The notes: generated by a model from the letters alone, not told the origin. 64,000 nucleotides of DNA from Tubiluchus corallicola (GCA_030141605.1 JAQGDQ010000054.1:124001-188000), one strand, 5' to 3'; shown: positions 27,066 to 49,040, counted from the stretch's first letter. Program-made: numbers and translations.

Positions 27066-27164
27066 GTATGAGTTGTCAGCATTACTAGCTGCGAGTGCAG
27101 TTTTTCTGAGTTGAAATTAATAAAAATAAATACCTTTAGTCCTATGGTAATTTCATGTACGTGT

Positions 27165-27690
27165 GTTTGTAGCATCGGAGATGTGTTACATTTAAGGAAG
27201 GGGTGGCTAACTTGGCTACCTCACATGGCGACTAAACTCCCCATTTTGCCACTATTTCTTTTGACAACTGCTTTTTCGTTTTCTATGCTAAACTTTTGTT
27301 TGTTTAATATTTTGTCATTATTCTGTACTTGTAATTTATTATTTGCTTGTGTTTGAATAATTGTATTATTCTGTAATTATATGTATATGTTATCATTATG
27401 TAATTGTATACGTTATGTAATGCCTTCTTTAGAAAAGTGCTTTTCCTTTTTCTATACAAGTTGTTTGTTTAATATTATGTAATTCTTCTGTAATTATAAT
27501 TTATTAATAATTATAATTTATTGCTTGTCCGAATAATCATATTATTGTGATACATTTATAACATTGTTATTATCACCTATTACTTGGTTGCACCTGTATT
27601 ATATTATATGATGTTTTTCTATTGCACTTGTAGCAGGTTACTGATTTGTATTGTACCGTGCGAGTACATAATAAATAATAAATAAATACA
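27165..27690 (+). mobile_element. Probable retroposon 3' end with (AATA)n tail
   Basis: GC-richer head, a T-rich internally duplicated body (ttgtttgtttaatatt twice) and an ending of aataaataataaataaata. Confidence 0.4.
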
Positions 27691-28327
27691 AATTTATTAG
27701 TTTTCTCAAATCAGATATTGAAACTAGCTGTTCTAAACTGTTCGTTATTCGTTTAAGTGCAAAGCTAAACCTTCAAAAGATTTTTTCAACGGAGCATGGA
27801 CATCACTATTTAGTTTAAAATATAATGCATTGTACCTCTTAAAAGAGACATTTCCTAAAACAAATTGATATTTCAAAACATGCTATGGCCTACTTCATGT
27901 AAAGGAACAATGACTTTGTAAATGAATAGCCTGACTGTGCTCGTAGGTGTTAGGTGTAGGTGTAACATTTACTGTGTTACAGCCTCAGGTAATAGTTTAT
28001 TGATATCAGAAACTCAAGGTCTTCTAGTGTAGTTCGCTTTGCTTAGGAAAGTATTTTCAAGATAACTCAGAGTTTAAACAAACAGAACTGTCTGATAAAC
28101 AGTGGAAGTGCTGATGTGAAATTATTGTAACAGCATTGATGGTAAGCAGTGGTGCAAAGGTTTAGACAATTTTATAACCATTCATGTAACTGCAGTTATA
28201 TGAACTACATATCTTTGTTAACAATATTAATAGTTTCTAAATACATGTATACTTGTCTTTTTTCAGATTCTGTAGGATATAAAAAGTGAACTGCAATAAC
28301 CATAAACTGAAAGTAAAATCATTAAAA

Positions 28328-31300
28328 ATGGGCTCATTGGATGGACTCAGTTCTAAGGATTGTATTCAAGATCATAACTGTGCTAGTAACACAGACTGGG
28401 ATATGTTTGCTCCTTTGGACCAAGCTGATCCTGAAGTGTGGGCTATTATGCAGGTAATATTTATTAGCTAACTTCTGTGGGGGAAACTGAAATGAATGAT
28501 CCAAAGAAAGACAATTGTCCATGTAAAATAAGTAGACATAATATAATTTTACATTTTGGCCTTTATATCTCTGTGTTATTTCTGCATAAGTATCTATTCT
28601 GATGATGGCCAAAGAATAAAGGGCTGAAGCATAAAATTTAATTGTCTACTTGTTTTATATGGGTACTGTCTTCCTTTGGATCATTAAATTTATAAATGTG
28701 CACATTAAAACTGTAGTATTGTGTACTATCATAATTGTGATGGACACAATATATAACAGTGGTTCACACATAACAAAATATTGTGTACAGAACTGTTAAA
28801 CCACGTAACTGTTTGGCCAAGGCCAAGCTAATAATAATTATTTGTTACATTTTTGACATTTGAGTTATTCTATAAATTACATATGGTACCTACACATATT
28901 AATATTGGATTTAATATTAACTTTATTAAAGACATATTTCAGCTAAGCAGTAGTTACTATCATTGTAATATGTGTAGCCAAAATTTTGCTTTCAATAAAA
29001 TTTCTTTAGTACGGGATTATGTGATTTTAAGTATTAATGTTACTGTTTTTGGCATTTAGAATTTGTTGACTTTACAAGCACGTGTCTAATAATAGTTGTC
29101 ATCATCAGTAGTTGGTTTTTATCTGAGCACTGCTTTGTTGTAAAAGGGTATTGTAAGAGGACTATCTTTTCCTTAAGAGTTCTAATTTTTGTTGATTACA
29201 TTTGACTTTGTGTTAACTAAAGTTAATGTATGTCAGAGTGATGTGCGGTCTTTACACATGACTTGAGAATATTATTTGCTTCTAAAAGGCGTGCTTCGAA
29301 TATTAAAAAAAATGCTGCTTAGTGATTTAGAGTATCTAAGGCACCAAATGTTGTGCTGTTATTTGTTCTACAGCTATGCAATACATATTTAATTAGGCTG
29401 CTTACAGGTATAGTTCAACGATAGCAACGGTGGCAATTAAGAGTTAATGTAATTAAACTGTTATGCTTTTTCAGCCTTCTTCAGCAGCTGCTCATAATAA
29501 TGAGTATGAGAAACATTATAATCGCAACTTTAAAAAGTAGGCGAACAGACCCACATGTTGCAAAACATTTTTAAAAACATGTAATTTCCATACCTAATTA
29601 GAATTTGGTAATTTAATATAAAATTCTTAAGAAGTACCTGATACAGAATCAGAAGGTTATTGACCTAGAAATAATTATTGGCCCTAGCTGTCTGAGAGAA
29701 CTTGTTGACCTTTGTACTCACTTTTACTTGTTATTTAATGACATGTGTGCTTAGCCAGCAAGTATTTTTCCATGGAAAATAGATTACAGCTGTCAGTTAG
29801 TCTATGTTCACTCAAGAATTGCTAGCTGTTTTCATAATTATGTATCACTGATTTGTACTCACTGAGAGCCAAGATTTAACTTGAAATGATTATTGAATCA
29901 GTGATAGCAGAACATAAAAAATTAGCAGTTACGACCAATTTCTTTATTACTGGTGCTTTTTGTCGTGCAAAGACATTTAAAACGAAATCCTAGTAATAAG
30001 GAAATGTGTTTTCCCTTGGTTTTCTGGTATTGTGTCTTATTATCATTGAAAGTGGTTATGGATTTATTATACTCTGGGATTGCAGTCTTAAGGTTGATGT
30101 GTTTATAGTTCTGAGTACCAGGACTAATAAATCACCTTATAGCAGACTCAAGAGATAATGAATGGCAAAATTTAATTTACCATGATACGAATTAGCATAA
30201 AGGAAAAAAAGTTCATGAATATTGTCTTTAGCAAATGATTTAGTTAGGACTGGTCATCTGATTCTAATTGAATTCAACTCTCAAACTCTACATAACTCTA
30301 AATGTTACAATTGAAATAATGCCCAAAAATACAAAAATGGAGCTTAGCTACTGTTTAATACTTTTTTGAAGCAGGAACAAATGAAAATTAAAACAATTTA
30401 TTTGTTGAAAAGGGTGCATTATTGTGTTAATCTTACTTTACATGAGAGAAATCTAAATTCATACTGAATTATATCAGCATATAAGTTTTTCGGTGTTGCA
30501 TAATTTTAAATTTATTGTTTATGTGATTACAGAGAGAGAAGCGCAGACAGACGGTTGGCTTAGAACTCATTGCATCGGAGAATTTTCCTAGCCGAGCTGT
30601 GATGGAGGCACTTTCCACTTGCCTACAAAATAAATATTCTGAAGGATATCCTGGTCAAAGGTTTTTGTAATTTTTAAAATAGCAATTAACATGTTAAATT
30701 GGTATCATTGAGTCTAAATCGCAGAATCTTTGAACACGCAAGATTCTTTATATTTGCCATTGTTTACAACAAAAATTTGTTTTTTGCTTTTGTGTATAAT
30801 AAAATTAGATTTTTGTGTATCTGCAAAGACTATTCAAAATTATTAAAATATCGAAAAAATATCAAAAGTACTAAAATTCAAACAATGTGTGTTGTAAGTA
30901 TTACAATATAAGTTTTATATACACCTCACATGACTGATTTCACAAGCAGCCCTTCTGAAAGGTATAGGCCAAGTGCACATGCTTTGCGTGAATGATTGAC
31001 GACTACCTGAGCCCAGTACTCGCTTTAGCTCTACCGATCTTCACTGTTTGCCTCGGGAGGGAGGATGTGTGAATTACACATGCATTCAAATGTTCCTGAG
31101 AAATCTCTGTTGGTTTAGTAACTCATCTTAAAGGGATGTCTCGATAATGTGGCAGGCTTGCAATATCTTGTGGATTCAGCTTCTTTCCAGTATAAAAATT
31201 ATTGACCTTGTTCATACTTTGTTTCAGGTACTATGGTGGAAATGAACATATTGATGAGATGGAATTACTCTGTCGCAAAAGATGTCTGGCCGCATTTGAC

Positions 31301-34300
31301 TTAGACCCTGCAGAATGGAGCGTAAATGTGCAGCCTCTCTCTGGCTCACCGGCTAACTTTGCCGTTTATACAGGTGTTGTCGGTCCACATGGCCGAATCA
31401 TGGGACTAGACCTCCCCGATGGCGGTCATCTGACACACGGATTTTTTACAGAAAAGAAGAAAATTTCGGCCACTTCTATATTTTTTGAATCAATGCCTTA
31501 TAAAGTTGATCCAGAAACTGGATTGATAGATATGGATAAACTTGCAGAAACAGCTCGACTATTTCGACCGAAGCTAATTATCGCAGGTTGTTTCATTAAT
31601 AGTTGCTGATAATTAATAACTGTAAATTGGTTACAAAAAACTTGTTATATTGTCAGTTAAGCTTTTGTGTTTTAAATTACTGCATGTCTAGGATTCTTGT
31701 AAGATACTGTTGTAAGTTAACTTTATTACTTTTCAGTGGTTCACCTATACTATAATTGGTGCAGCACGAGTCCTTCAGTTGCTGTTTTTCCTTAGTTGAT
31801 TGTTAAAAACAACAGATACAATACGATTTAGTTCGGTTCTCACTCTGGGTGATTTCATTTGCCATGCCAATCCTGGCTGTTTACCTCGTAGAGGGAGGAT
31901 GTATATATATCGAAATGTGGCTGAGATACCTCTGCCAGTTGTATGACTCATCTTAGGGGATATCCTTCATAATGACCTGGGTTCTGGTCACACGTCAGTC
32001 ATCATGTTGAGTAGGCACTGCTGTTGGATGCTGGCTTGAATGTATAAAGAAAGTACAAAATTAGCCGTAAACTTCAAATTTATGATATTATCATGATTTG
32101 TAATGAACTGACTTATAGTATACATTTTTGTCTTTGAGTGCCTATAAACTGTATCCTGTTTTAATTTCTACATGTCCATAGAGATCTCAATTCCAGTTTG
32201 CAATTTTTTGCAGGAGTGAGTTGTTATTCTCGATGTTTGGATTATGCCCGTTTTCGTAAAATCTGTGATGACGTTGGTGCTTACTTGATGGCTGACATGG
32301 CTCATGTTAGCGGTCTTGTCGCAGCAAAATTGATCCCCAGTCCATTTGAATACAGTGATATTGTCACAACTACCACACACAAGACACTTCGCGGTCCAAG
32401 ATCTGGGCTTATTTTTTTGAGGAAAGGTGAGAGATTAAATGGTACTTTAATGTAATTACAGACTGAAAACAGTGAAAATGAATAGCTGGTGATGTTTCTG
32501 ATATCTCAGAAACTGAAGGTTTTTGATAAAGTAATGGTGGTCAGTTCACTTAAGCTGTTTGTGCCTTACTGGGTATCAGAAACAAGTCAAATATACCTAA
32601 ACGTCAGACTATACTCGTTAAAAAGAACATCCAGTCTGTAGATCATTAACATTTTATCACTTTGAAAGTTTGTATAACCTGCTAAGCAAGTGTGCTGTAA
32701 CCCATATAGTTTTGAAATGAAACCAATCTAATGTTCATTAATTAGTTTTTGATTTTTGCCTTTTTTGATTTGTTGATGAGCATCACATTAGGTCCACAGT
32801 CTTATGATGCTGGTTCTTATGCTTTTTGAGATATAGCGACAAAGTTTGTACAATACATAATAAACAACTTGGTTTTACTGTAAATGAAATCATAATTCTT
32901 AGGTCATGGTGTGCTTATTTCAAAAATGTACTCAATATTTGTGTCTACAGCTTTCATTAAATGTAAAAATGTGTAAGTAATATGATGCAGTTAGTTGCTA
33001 GATAAAATCTTAAATTGTCTGATTTACAGATTTGCACCTGCAAAATAGAGAAAGTCAGCAATGGCTACATATCCTACACTCTCTACAGGGTGCTAACAAA
33101 TTATTCAAATCCTTGTACTGAAAAGACAAAAATGTATTGGTAAAACATGAAAAAGCAGTAATTTTGAATAAAGAACACTTGTTGACATCTGACCTTGCTG
33201 GCATTTACAGTTCTGATGATCATTAATCAACTGGGAGTACAGTCACAGGAGTTTCTCAGTGAGACTGTGACATGACTTTTTCCTACAAACTTTAATGATT
33301 TTTGCTTTCTGCCGTGCCGATAAAAGTTGCTAAAAATTAGGAAAACCAATTATAACACGGAAAACTTAGAAAAGTGTATTATAACATACATTTATATCTG
33401 TAATAACTTTTCAACTATACCATAAGAAGTTCTATAATTTCTTTGTGTTCTGTAGATTAACGAGTTTCAGTCTGACGTTTCGATTTTTACCCGCACAAAG
33501 AACATTAGAGGAAAAATTAGATATTGTATAGATTTAAAAAAAAATAACAATAAAACTGTTTTGTAATGTTTCTTTGTAGTTTTGTTTTAAGCACAATTGG
33601 CCTTCGTGTCTGACACAAACTCTTAAAAGAATAAAATATATTCCAACTATAACCCGAAGCATGATATTTTGCAGAACAAATAGTATGTATGGCAAATTCA
33701 TCTTTTTTGCAGAAATTATTTGTTGCTTCAGTGTGATTATGTGAGTGCTTTCAATAACATAGACTGCTTTTAATCTTACAGGGGTCCGATCATACACAAA
33801 ATCTGGCGACAAAGTTATGTATGACCTAGAAGACAAAATAAATCAAGCACTTTTCCCTGGATTGCAAGGAGGTCCTCATAACAATATCATCTCATGTATG
33901 TATTTCTCTTAAGTTTGTGTCTATTTTTAATAAATTCAAACATGCCTGATACAGAACTCTAGAAAAAAACCTTGAAAATGTGGTATAACAGTCACCTACA
34001 CAGTTAATTTACTGGTTAATTTAAGTAGGTTAACTAAGTTTGAGTATGATGATATATTTTTATAAACTTGAGAAGTTTTAACAATTCTTGTATTTGGCAC
34101 TTCCATTCTAAACAGGGAAGCCTATCTGCACAAAATATTTGTTTTGCCTAAGCAGTAACAGTAAATATCATTTTTGCCTCAACTGAAGAAGTTCATAATA
34201 TGGTTGGCTTCTAGTTAGATATGCACTTTAGGGACATGTGTCCCAAGTTATAAATTGCCAAAATTAATGGTGGTTTAGTAAATTGGCAAACTAATTTTTT

Positions 34301-35970
34301 ATTTATTTCTACAGCCGTGTGTGTTACAATGAGAGAAGCTCAGACTGAATCTTTTAGACAATACCAGAAACAAGTCCTTCTTAATGCTAAGATTTTAGCC
34401 GACAAATTGTTGGAAAAAGGATACACTGTGGTAACAGGTATGCGTCTAATTTTATAAAAGGTTTTACTAATTAAGTGCTGTAAGCTGAAAACTAAGTATC
34501 AATAGAAATTCATAATGATTTTCAGCATTTGAAACGAAATGTTTATTCTGTAGTTTAAAGGGTGCTATATATCATACATTTTGCTACAGAGATATGTATT
34601 TCTGCAAAATCTTTTCACTTTCATGTTCTAATGGGCACGTTTGGTCGTATGCTGAATTCTTTTCATGGGTGTAATTTAGCATTTATTATTAGCTTAATTT
34701 GTTAGTTATACCGCAGATTATTTTATCAATACTCTCATGTCAAAGATTTCAAACTGAAATTAATTTTAGGAGGAACGGACACACATGTTGTGTTGATGGA
34801 CATGCGTCCTATAGGTCTCAATGGTGCTCGTATCGAGAAAGTACTAGAAGAGATGCACATTGCTTGTAACAAGAACACATGTCCTGGTGACAAATCTGCT
34901 CTCAATCCAGGTATAAAATCCCCTAATGTCCTGCTTTTTTCAATTTGTTGTAAGTAATGTTATGTTTAACTGGAGCACTGTGAACCTGCTCTGTAGGATG
35001 ACTTTTGCTTTTCTATAGGTGGAGTACGTTTAGGCAGCCCTGCTTTGACTTCTCGAGGACTCAAAGAAGAAGATTTCGAAGTTGTGGTTGACTTCATTCA
35101 TAAAGGTACCTTCTTTCATTTTCATACTTGGAACATTTGTTCATTAACTGATATAGATAAAAAATTAAAGGTATGCGATAAAAAGCTGCAATCCCTTCTC
35201 ATCACTTAGGGAAAAAAACATTTTTGAGCAAAGCTTTGGCCTAACCACATACTAAATCCAACTTAAACTTTGTAGCATAACAGTAATAGTTCTAAGTCAC
35301 TAATATGTCTAATGCTATTAAAATCGACAGACCAGCCAGTTTACAGACTTTTCAAGACAATGCACATCATTTACACCCCACCGGGAATCATCAGGAGGTG
35401 CTGGGTTGTGTGGCCGAGTGGTTTAGAATTCGGACTGCAACCATGCAGTGCTGAGTTCGATACTAGAGGCAGCCAACGCCAGGGCATATACTCTACATGT
35501 TATTCATTGTTTGTGTGTTGCGTCCTTACCTGTATTGTTTTAAGTGTAAGTCGTTAAATAGCCATTAGTGCTAATGTTGTATGTTAAATGAGCGACAGTA
35601 AATAAATCTTGTTTGTTTGTTTTTTATGGGGCATGGGAAAACCATGTGTTAGACAACAAGTGTCCAACTAAAGTGACACACGAAGCATAAAGCAATGTCT
35701 TCTTAAATAGTGCACAAACATACCAGTTTTTGAACCTTTTTTTTAATTTATTCATCACCTTAACTCCAGATGTCTTGACTTTGATTTGTTGGTCTGCTTT
35801 CAGGCATACAGCTGGCTCTTGAGATTAAAGCTGCTGCTCCAGGAACTATGCTGAAAGATTTTAAAGCTACATTGCAAACTGAGGAGTTTCAGAAGAAAGT
35901 TGCACTGCTGCGACTTGAGGTGGAGAATTTTGCTGCCTCTTTTCCATTACCAGGAATCAAGGATTATTGA
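28328..35970 (+). CDS. SHMT1: Serine hydroxymethyltransferase, cytosolic type; 9 coding exons, 485 aa
   Basis: Exons: 28328-28453, 30533-30660 ([10 protein letters not shown]...[11 protein letters not shown]), 31228-31586 (YYGGNE...[13 protein letters not shown]), 32214-32426 (ADMAH; PLP-lysine motif [12 protein letters not shown]), 33782-33895 ([10 protein letters not shown]), 34315-34437, 34770-34910 (NKNTCPGD), 35019-35105 ([13 protein letters not shown]), 35804-35970 (FPLPG...stop). All introns are GT-AG and the total is 1458 nt. The N-terminus is acidic with no transit peptide, and an in-frame TAA lies upstream at 28280. Confidence 0.96.
30960..31180 (+). mobile_element. Structured SINE-like family, copy A (SHMT intron 2)
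   Basis: atcttcactgtttgcctcgggagggaggatgtg...cctgagaaatctct...ctcatctta...gataatg. Confidence 0.65.
31790..32040 (+). mobile_element. Structured SINE-like family, copy B (SHMT intron 3)
   Basis: B-box-like agttcggttctc, then atcctggctgtttacctcgtagagggaggatgta...ctgagatacctctgccag...ctcatcttag...cataatga...gatgctg. Confidence 0.7.
35403..35626 (+). mobile_element. tRNA-derived SINE (second family) in SHMT intron 8
   Basis: A box TGGCCGAGTGG, anticodon-loop-like CTGCAA, B box GAGTTCGATAC, and a LINE-like tail tgtaagtcg...gcgacagtaaataaa followed by (TTTG)n. There is no intact acceptor stem. Confidence 0.7.
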
Positions 35971-36695
35971 AAAAGGCGGGACAGTTAGGGTCAGGTATTA
36001 GCATATGATTGGTTAATTGTTATGCTTGTGCAATTTCTTCTCGAGTTTTTGCGCACAAAAATGCTTCAGCACAAAAATATGAAGCTTAGTAACTGCCATT
36101 TTGCTTAGCTTTGACTCATGCTACTGTTTTTTGATGTTGACATTGTACAATAATGTTATGCAGCATTTTTCTCATGTAAAATCAATATTTAAGGCGTGTA
36201 TTTATTTATAATGCAGTGCACCTAGAGTACTCTACAAAAATTTTTAGTTGGTGATAATCGAATAATTGTAAATATTACAACAGCTAATGGTATATTTTTC
36301 TCTAATACTACCACGTTTTCAATATGGTAGCACACTTTTCTTTCTGACTAATTTTATGTAACTATTGTGCACTGAAATTTAGTTTATCAGTCTGCAGTCT
36401 GTAATTAGGGGTGTTCCTTGAATTATTTAACTTCAATTTGTTGCGACTTTGTGAACACCATTAACTTTGTAATCGTAAAGTTTTAAGGCTTTGTGGCTCT
36501 GTTATCTTCGCAAGAATGTAACATTGTAAGCTAAAATACATTTATAATTGTTACCAGAATTTTTATTCACAAAGAGGCAACAAAGTAATTTTGACGCCTA
36601 TTCCAAGTCCTATATTATCAAAATTTCTTACGAAAATATATCCAATATGCATCGTGACAATTATATGTGCAAAAAACATTATCCTAGTACGATAC

Positions 36696-36868
36696 CATAT
36701 TGAACGTTTATTTTTGAATATGAATAGAATTCTGTATAGAATTTCTCAAGAAAGGATGCCAAATATGCATCACTGTGATAATTTTTAATGATAATTACAC
36801 ATACGTCAAAAGAAAACATATTTTGATGCCATATTGGAAGTTTATTTTTGAATATGAATAAAATTCTG
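36696..36868. repeat. Direct repeat of about 40 nt
   Basis: ccatattgaacgtttatttttgaatatgaatagaattctg and ccatattggaagtttatttttgaatatgaataaaattctg, about 133 nt apart. Confidence 0.75.
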
Positions 36869-39836
36869 ATACATATGGCTGCAGTAGTTATTTGTTTTAC
36901 TTTAGTTGTCAATAGTCAAAATTGTACAAAAATTTAGGTTTTCAAAGTGATTTGTTATATGTTCTGTTGTTCTTTGTAACAAGAACGACAAGCTGGATAA
37001 ACAACAATTATCAGTTTTTTTATATTTTGCTGTTAGTTCCAACAAAAAAGCTTACACAAGTGCAAAGTGCTTAGAATTAGAAATATTTCAAAATGCATCA
37101 CACTATAATCTAATGTAAGTACCCATAATTTTATATTTTACATATCAAGTTTTTTACAGTTAAGTTCTAAATTGCCTGGCCTGTATTTGCTGAAGCATGA
37201 ATTATTTCAAACAATAAATTAACAATTTTGACTAGCTAATATTAATGAGTGCAGAACAGGCTCTTTTTAATCTAATTATACATTTGATGTTTAATAATAT
37301 TATACCATCAGTAACAAGTACAATTATGTGGTGCTGAATTACATAAAATTTCATGACACAGGGCAAGAAAAGTTTTAATTGCTTGCTGTTGCCAGTTCAA
37401 ATGTACAATAGGCTCAATACATGTATGACTAAATTTTGATTAAATTTGTTTCTTATTAGGCTCTAATGTTTAGTAAACCTGCCAGAAGAGTTTTCTTCGC
37501 CAGAAATGCTGCACAAAGTCAATACATTACAAGTGCACCGATGTTAGTTTTCTGTTCCCATTTTTCAATTTCATGTAATCGTGAGCGCAAAGTACAAAAC
37601 TCTCTGATACGATCAGTGACACAAAACACTATCATATCAATTGTTATCATCATATCTTTGTGTTAGCTGTGATTACTATGATTACAACAAGGATTAGATT
37701 AAAACTGTTTTAATAAAATGTTATCAAGAAGCATTACCTAAAAAGCTCACCGTAATGCAAGAAGAAAAGATTCATATCATTTCATAATCCCGTTACTGTA
37801 ATCACGGGATTTTCATAATCCCGATACTGTTAATGGGGTTGCAGAAAGGTTGAAATAAGGAAAATCTTTGTCAAAGAATAATGGTCCCTGTGTAACAGTC
37901 AGTAAGTACTTTAATAATTAACCATAAGCCCGTTATAAGCCAAATTGTGGGTTAATTTAAATTAACCATATAACAAATAATTACCAATTTTCGAGAAACA
38001 TATATAATTTAGTGAGTAATATAAATGATAGAATATTCAGCATCAACAATCACACATTATATCAAATTTTACTAGACCAACATAGTGCAGAGCAGTGTTA
38101 CAGTAGTTGCAGCAAGTTTACCGTTATAAGATTTAGAATATTAGGTGGTCGCACAATGCGAGAGGAAAATTTGTTGTTTCACTGCATCACTCATACTTAT
38201 GCACATACTGACATGCAACACATTCTTACGATTTTTAACAGTGCATTTTCTGAATCGCACACACTGTACTGACATTGATATCGCACACAGCTGCACAAGA
38301 CATACAATACAGATGATCCGGGATAAGTTTGGATACACAGTACACTGTATTCTTTTACGATAAGGAGATTTAGCTTAAAAACAACCTAATATTAAGGTGG
38401 TCATGATACATTTGACAACCTCAAGCAATATTCACGCATCTTTTGACGAGTATTTATATATTTTGCTCACATGTGTAATGAGACTTCTAGTATACTTACA
38501 AAATATTAACATTTTTTTCCAAAAAGGATCCAGTCAGAACATGAATAAGTCGCACAATGTTATAATTTTACAAAGGCCTGACGTTGGGAGACTGCAACAT
38601 AAATAGAAATTGGGAAACATAAAAATAAATAACTCCTTACGAACACTTTAGTGCTTGAAGGTAATAATTAGTTATAAGTAGTAACAGGGCATGCATTTAC
38701 ATCCATGCATTATTACGGGAGAAGGCGACTAAAACTAATATTATACAACACTATATCTTATGAATATTTTATCTAGGCCTAGTTTTGTTACACCCTCTTA
38801 TACTTCATTTTGCCATATAAGATCATTCCCAGCACATGGTTACCATTGACAGTATACTATAAAGTTCTGAATTCAAATAATAAATTATTTTGTTACATGG
38901 AAAAAATTTATGTTAAAGAAAGATTTCCATACAAACCTAGAAAAAAATTTGTAAACCAGCATATGAACAATACAGTTTGTTTTATTCAATGGCGCATGCA
39001 AACTTTGGTTTTGTTTTTCCATGCATTTAACGACAAAGTTTAGTTTCCATTATATAATAGTTATGTACACAGAAAATTTTCATCATCTTGCAAATCATAT
39101 TAAATATTTGCACATAATAACAATATTATACACGTTCAAGAATAAATAAGCTTACGCACATATGTACATTTATACACACAACCATTTTCGATAAATAATA
39201 GTAATAAACAATTTTATATTTTGTTTCTGTTTTCACCTAGTCTGGCATCCACCTATATTTGAACTGTCAGGTAGAGTGTCCTTGACTTGATGCCAGTCTT
39301 ACGAGGACATCACGGAGCTGATGGTACTGTCAGGAGATTCGTTATGAAAATTCACCACTTAGCATAAAAATAAACCACCAGCAAAGTGCTATGAATTACT
39401 GTTTGTTTCGCGTTAATCAGCGTTGAACAATTAAGCAGCAAGCACTTAAATAAAATTTAGTCCAGTGTTTAGTCTATAGCTAAGCACCTGGTAAAACGTA
39501 GAAACAAAACATAATTACAATGAAGAAAAAGCCACAATTACAATAATAATGTTTAAAAGTGTGCAGCACAAGTACAGGACACACGGTGGGTAGCAGGTTT
39601 ATACAGGTATAACAATTCTTTAATCTACATCTAAAATGCATGCGACACTTATTATATTTACACTCACATTTTTTTGTATGTTATTAGGTGAATAAGATGA
39701 CTCTTACAACGTTCAACAAAACCTTTTGTTTTCACCTTTGCATTCTACTCAGTCATACGGTTAACAGCTAACATGTGAACAATTACATGAATTATTAGCA
39801 TTAAAATGTATCAGACCTTAGATAGTATCAGAATAT

Positions 39837-48145
<8,309 letters not shown>

Positions 48146-49040
48146 GTTAAATTATGGCCTCTGCTTTTCAATGTACAATCATACTATCTTTCCCATTTGC
48201 AGATCATACTAGTCCCCTCTTAACAGGTACCTGAAAAGTGAAATTATATACAACTTTATTAAATCATAATAAAATTTACAAAATTAAAAAAAAATGTTAT
48301 AAAGCTGTTATTGCTTTTGCATGCAAGACCACACTCCTGTTAGTAGTAACTAGTATACTATTACTTAGTATAACCAGGATTAGTTACACTTACAGTTAGT
48401 AGTAGTTACAGGTAGTCAGAACTTCATGTACTAGTTTAGCACTCTAGCTGTTATAATAGCATAATACTACCCTTCTACTTTTGAACAGTATACCGGTAGC
48501 ATTTTATACTAACGCATCTTTAATATTATAGTAACGCTAAGCATATTGATTAGTCTACAAATTCGAAAGATCGGCAACTATGAAAGCTGTAATAATTTAC
48601 AGTTTGCTACTTACCCCTAAAAGACATGCACACTCACAGTTTTCGTGCCTTCTTTTCTGACTAATTATACAACTACGTAGTCAAAACTAGCGGCGTAAGA
48701 TTATTAAAAAGAAATAATATGTTAAAAATCAAAAACACTCTAACAAATTAGCGTGCATAGAAATTTCTATGAAAAGCCAAAACCAGAGTAAAAAGTTGGG
48801 CATTTTCGCAAATTCTGCTTATCGCCTCGCCAAGTCTAACCTGAAGGTTGATAAATCCATTTTAATTAACTCATTTTTAGTTGTTGTTATAGTAATTTTG
48901 TTTTTAATCACATTTGTGTATGCTTATTATCATCGTTATCATTATCATTACTGAAGTGATTATTATTATTATTGTTGTTGATATTGTTGTTGTTATTATT
49001 ATTATTTCACAACCTTAGCTTCTACAGTTTGTCAGAACGA

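Noticed and set aside
28267-28327. N-terminal mitochondrial extension of SHMT
   Set aside because: An in-frame TAA at 28280-28282 closes the frame, and no upstream in-frame ATG lies in this exon.
35403-35480. Functional tRNA-Cys gene
   Set aside because: The anticodon and acceptor stems do not pair and the sequence continues into a SINE-like tail.
37770-37820. SECIS-like ATGA...TGA hairpin on the minus strand
   Set aside because: The helix is too short, there is no AA at the required spacing, and the reconstructed CDSs have no in-frame TGA.
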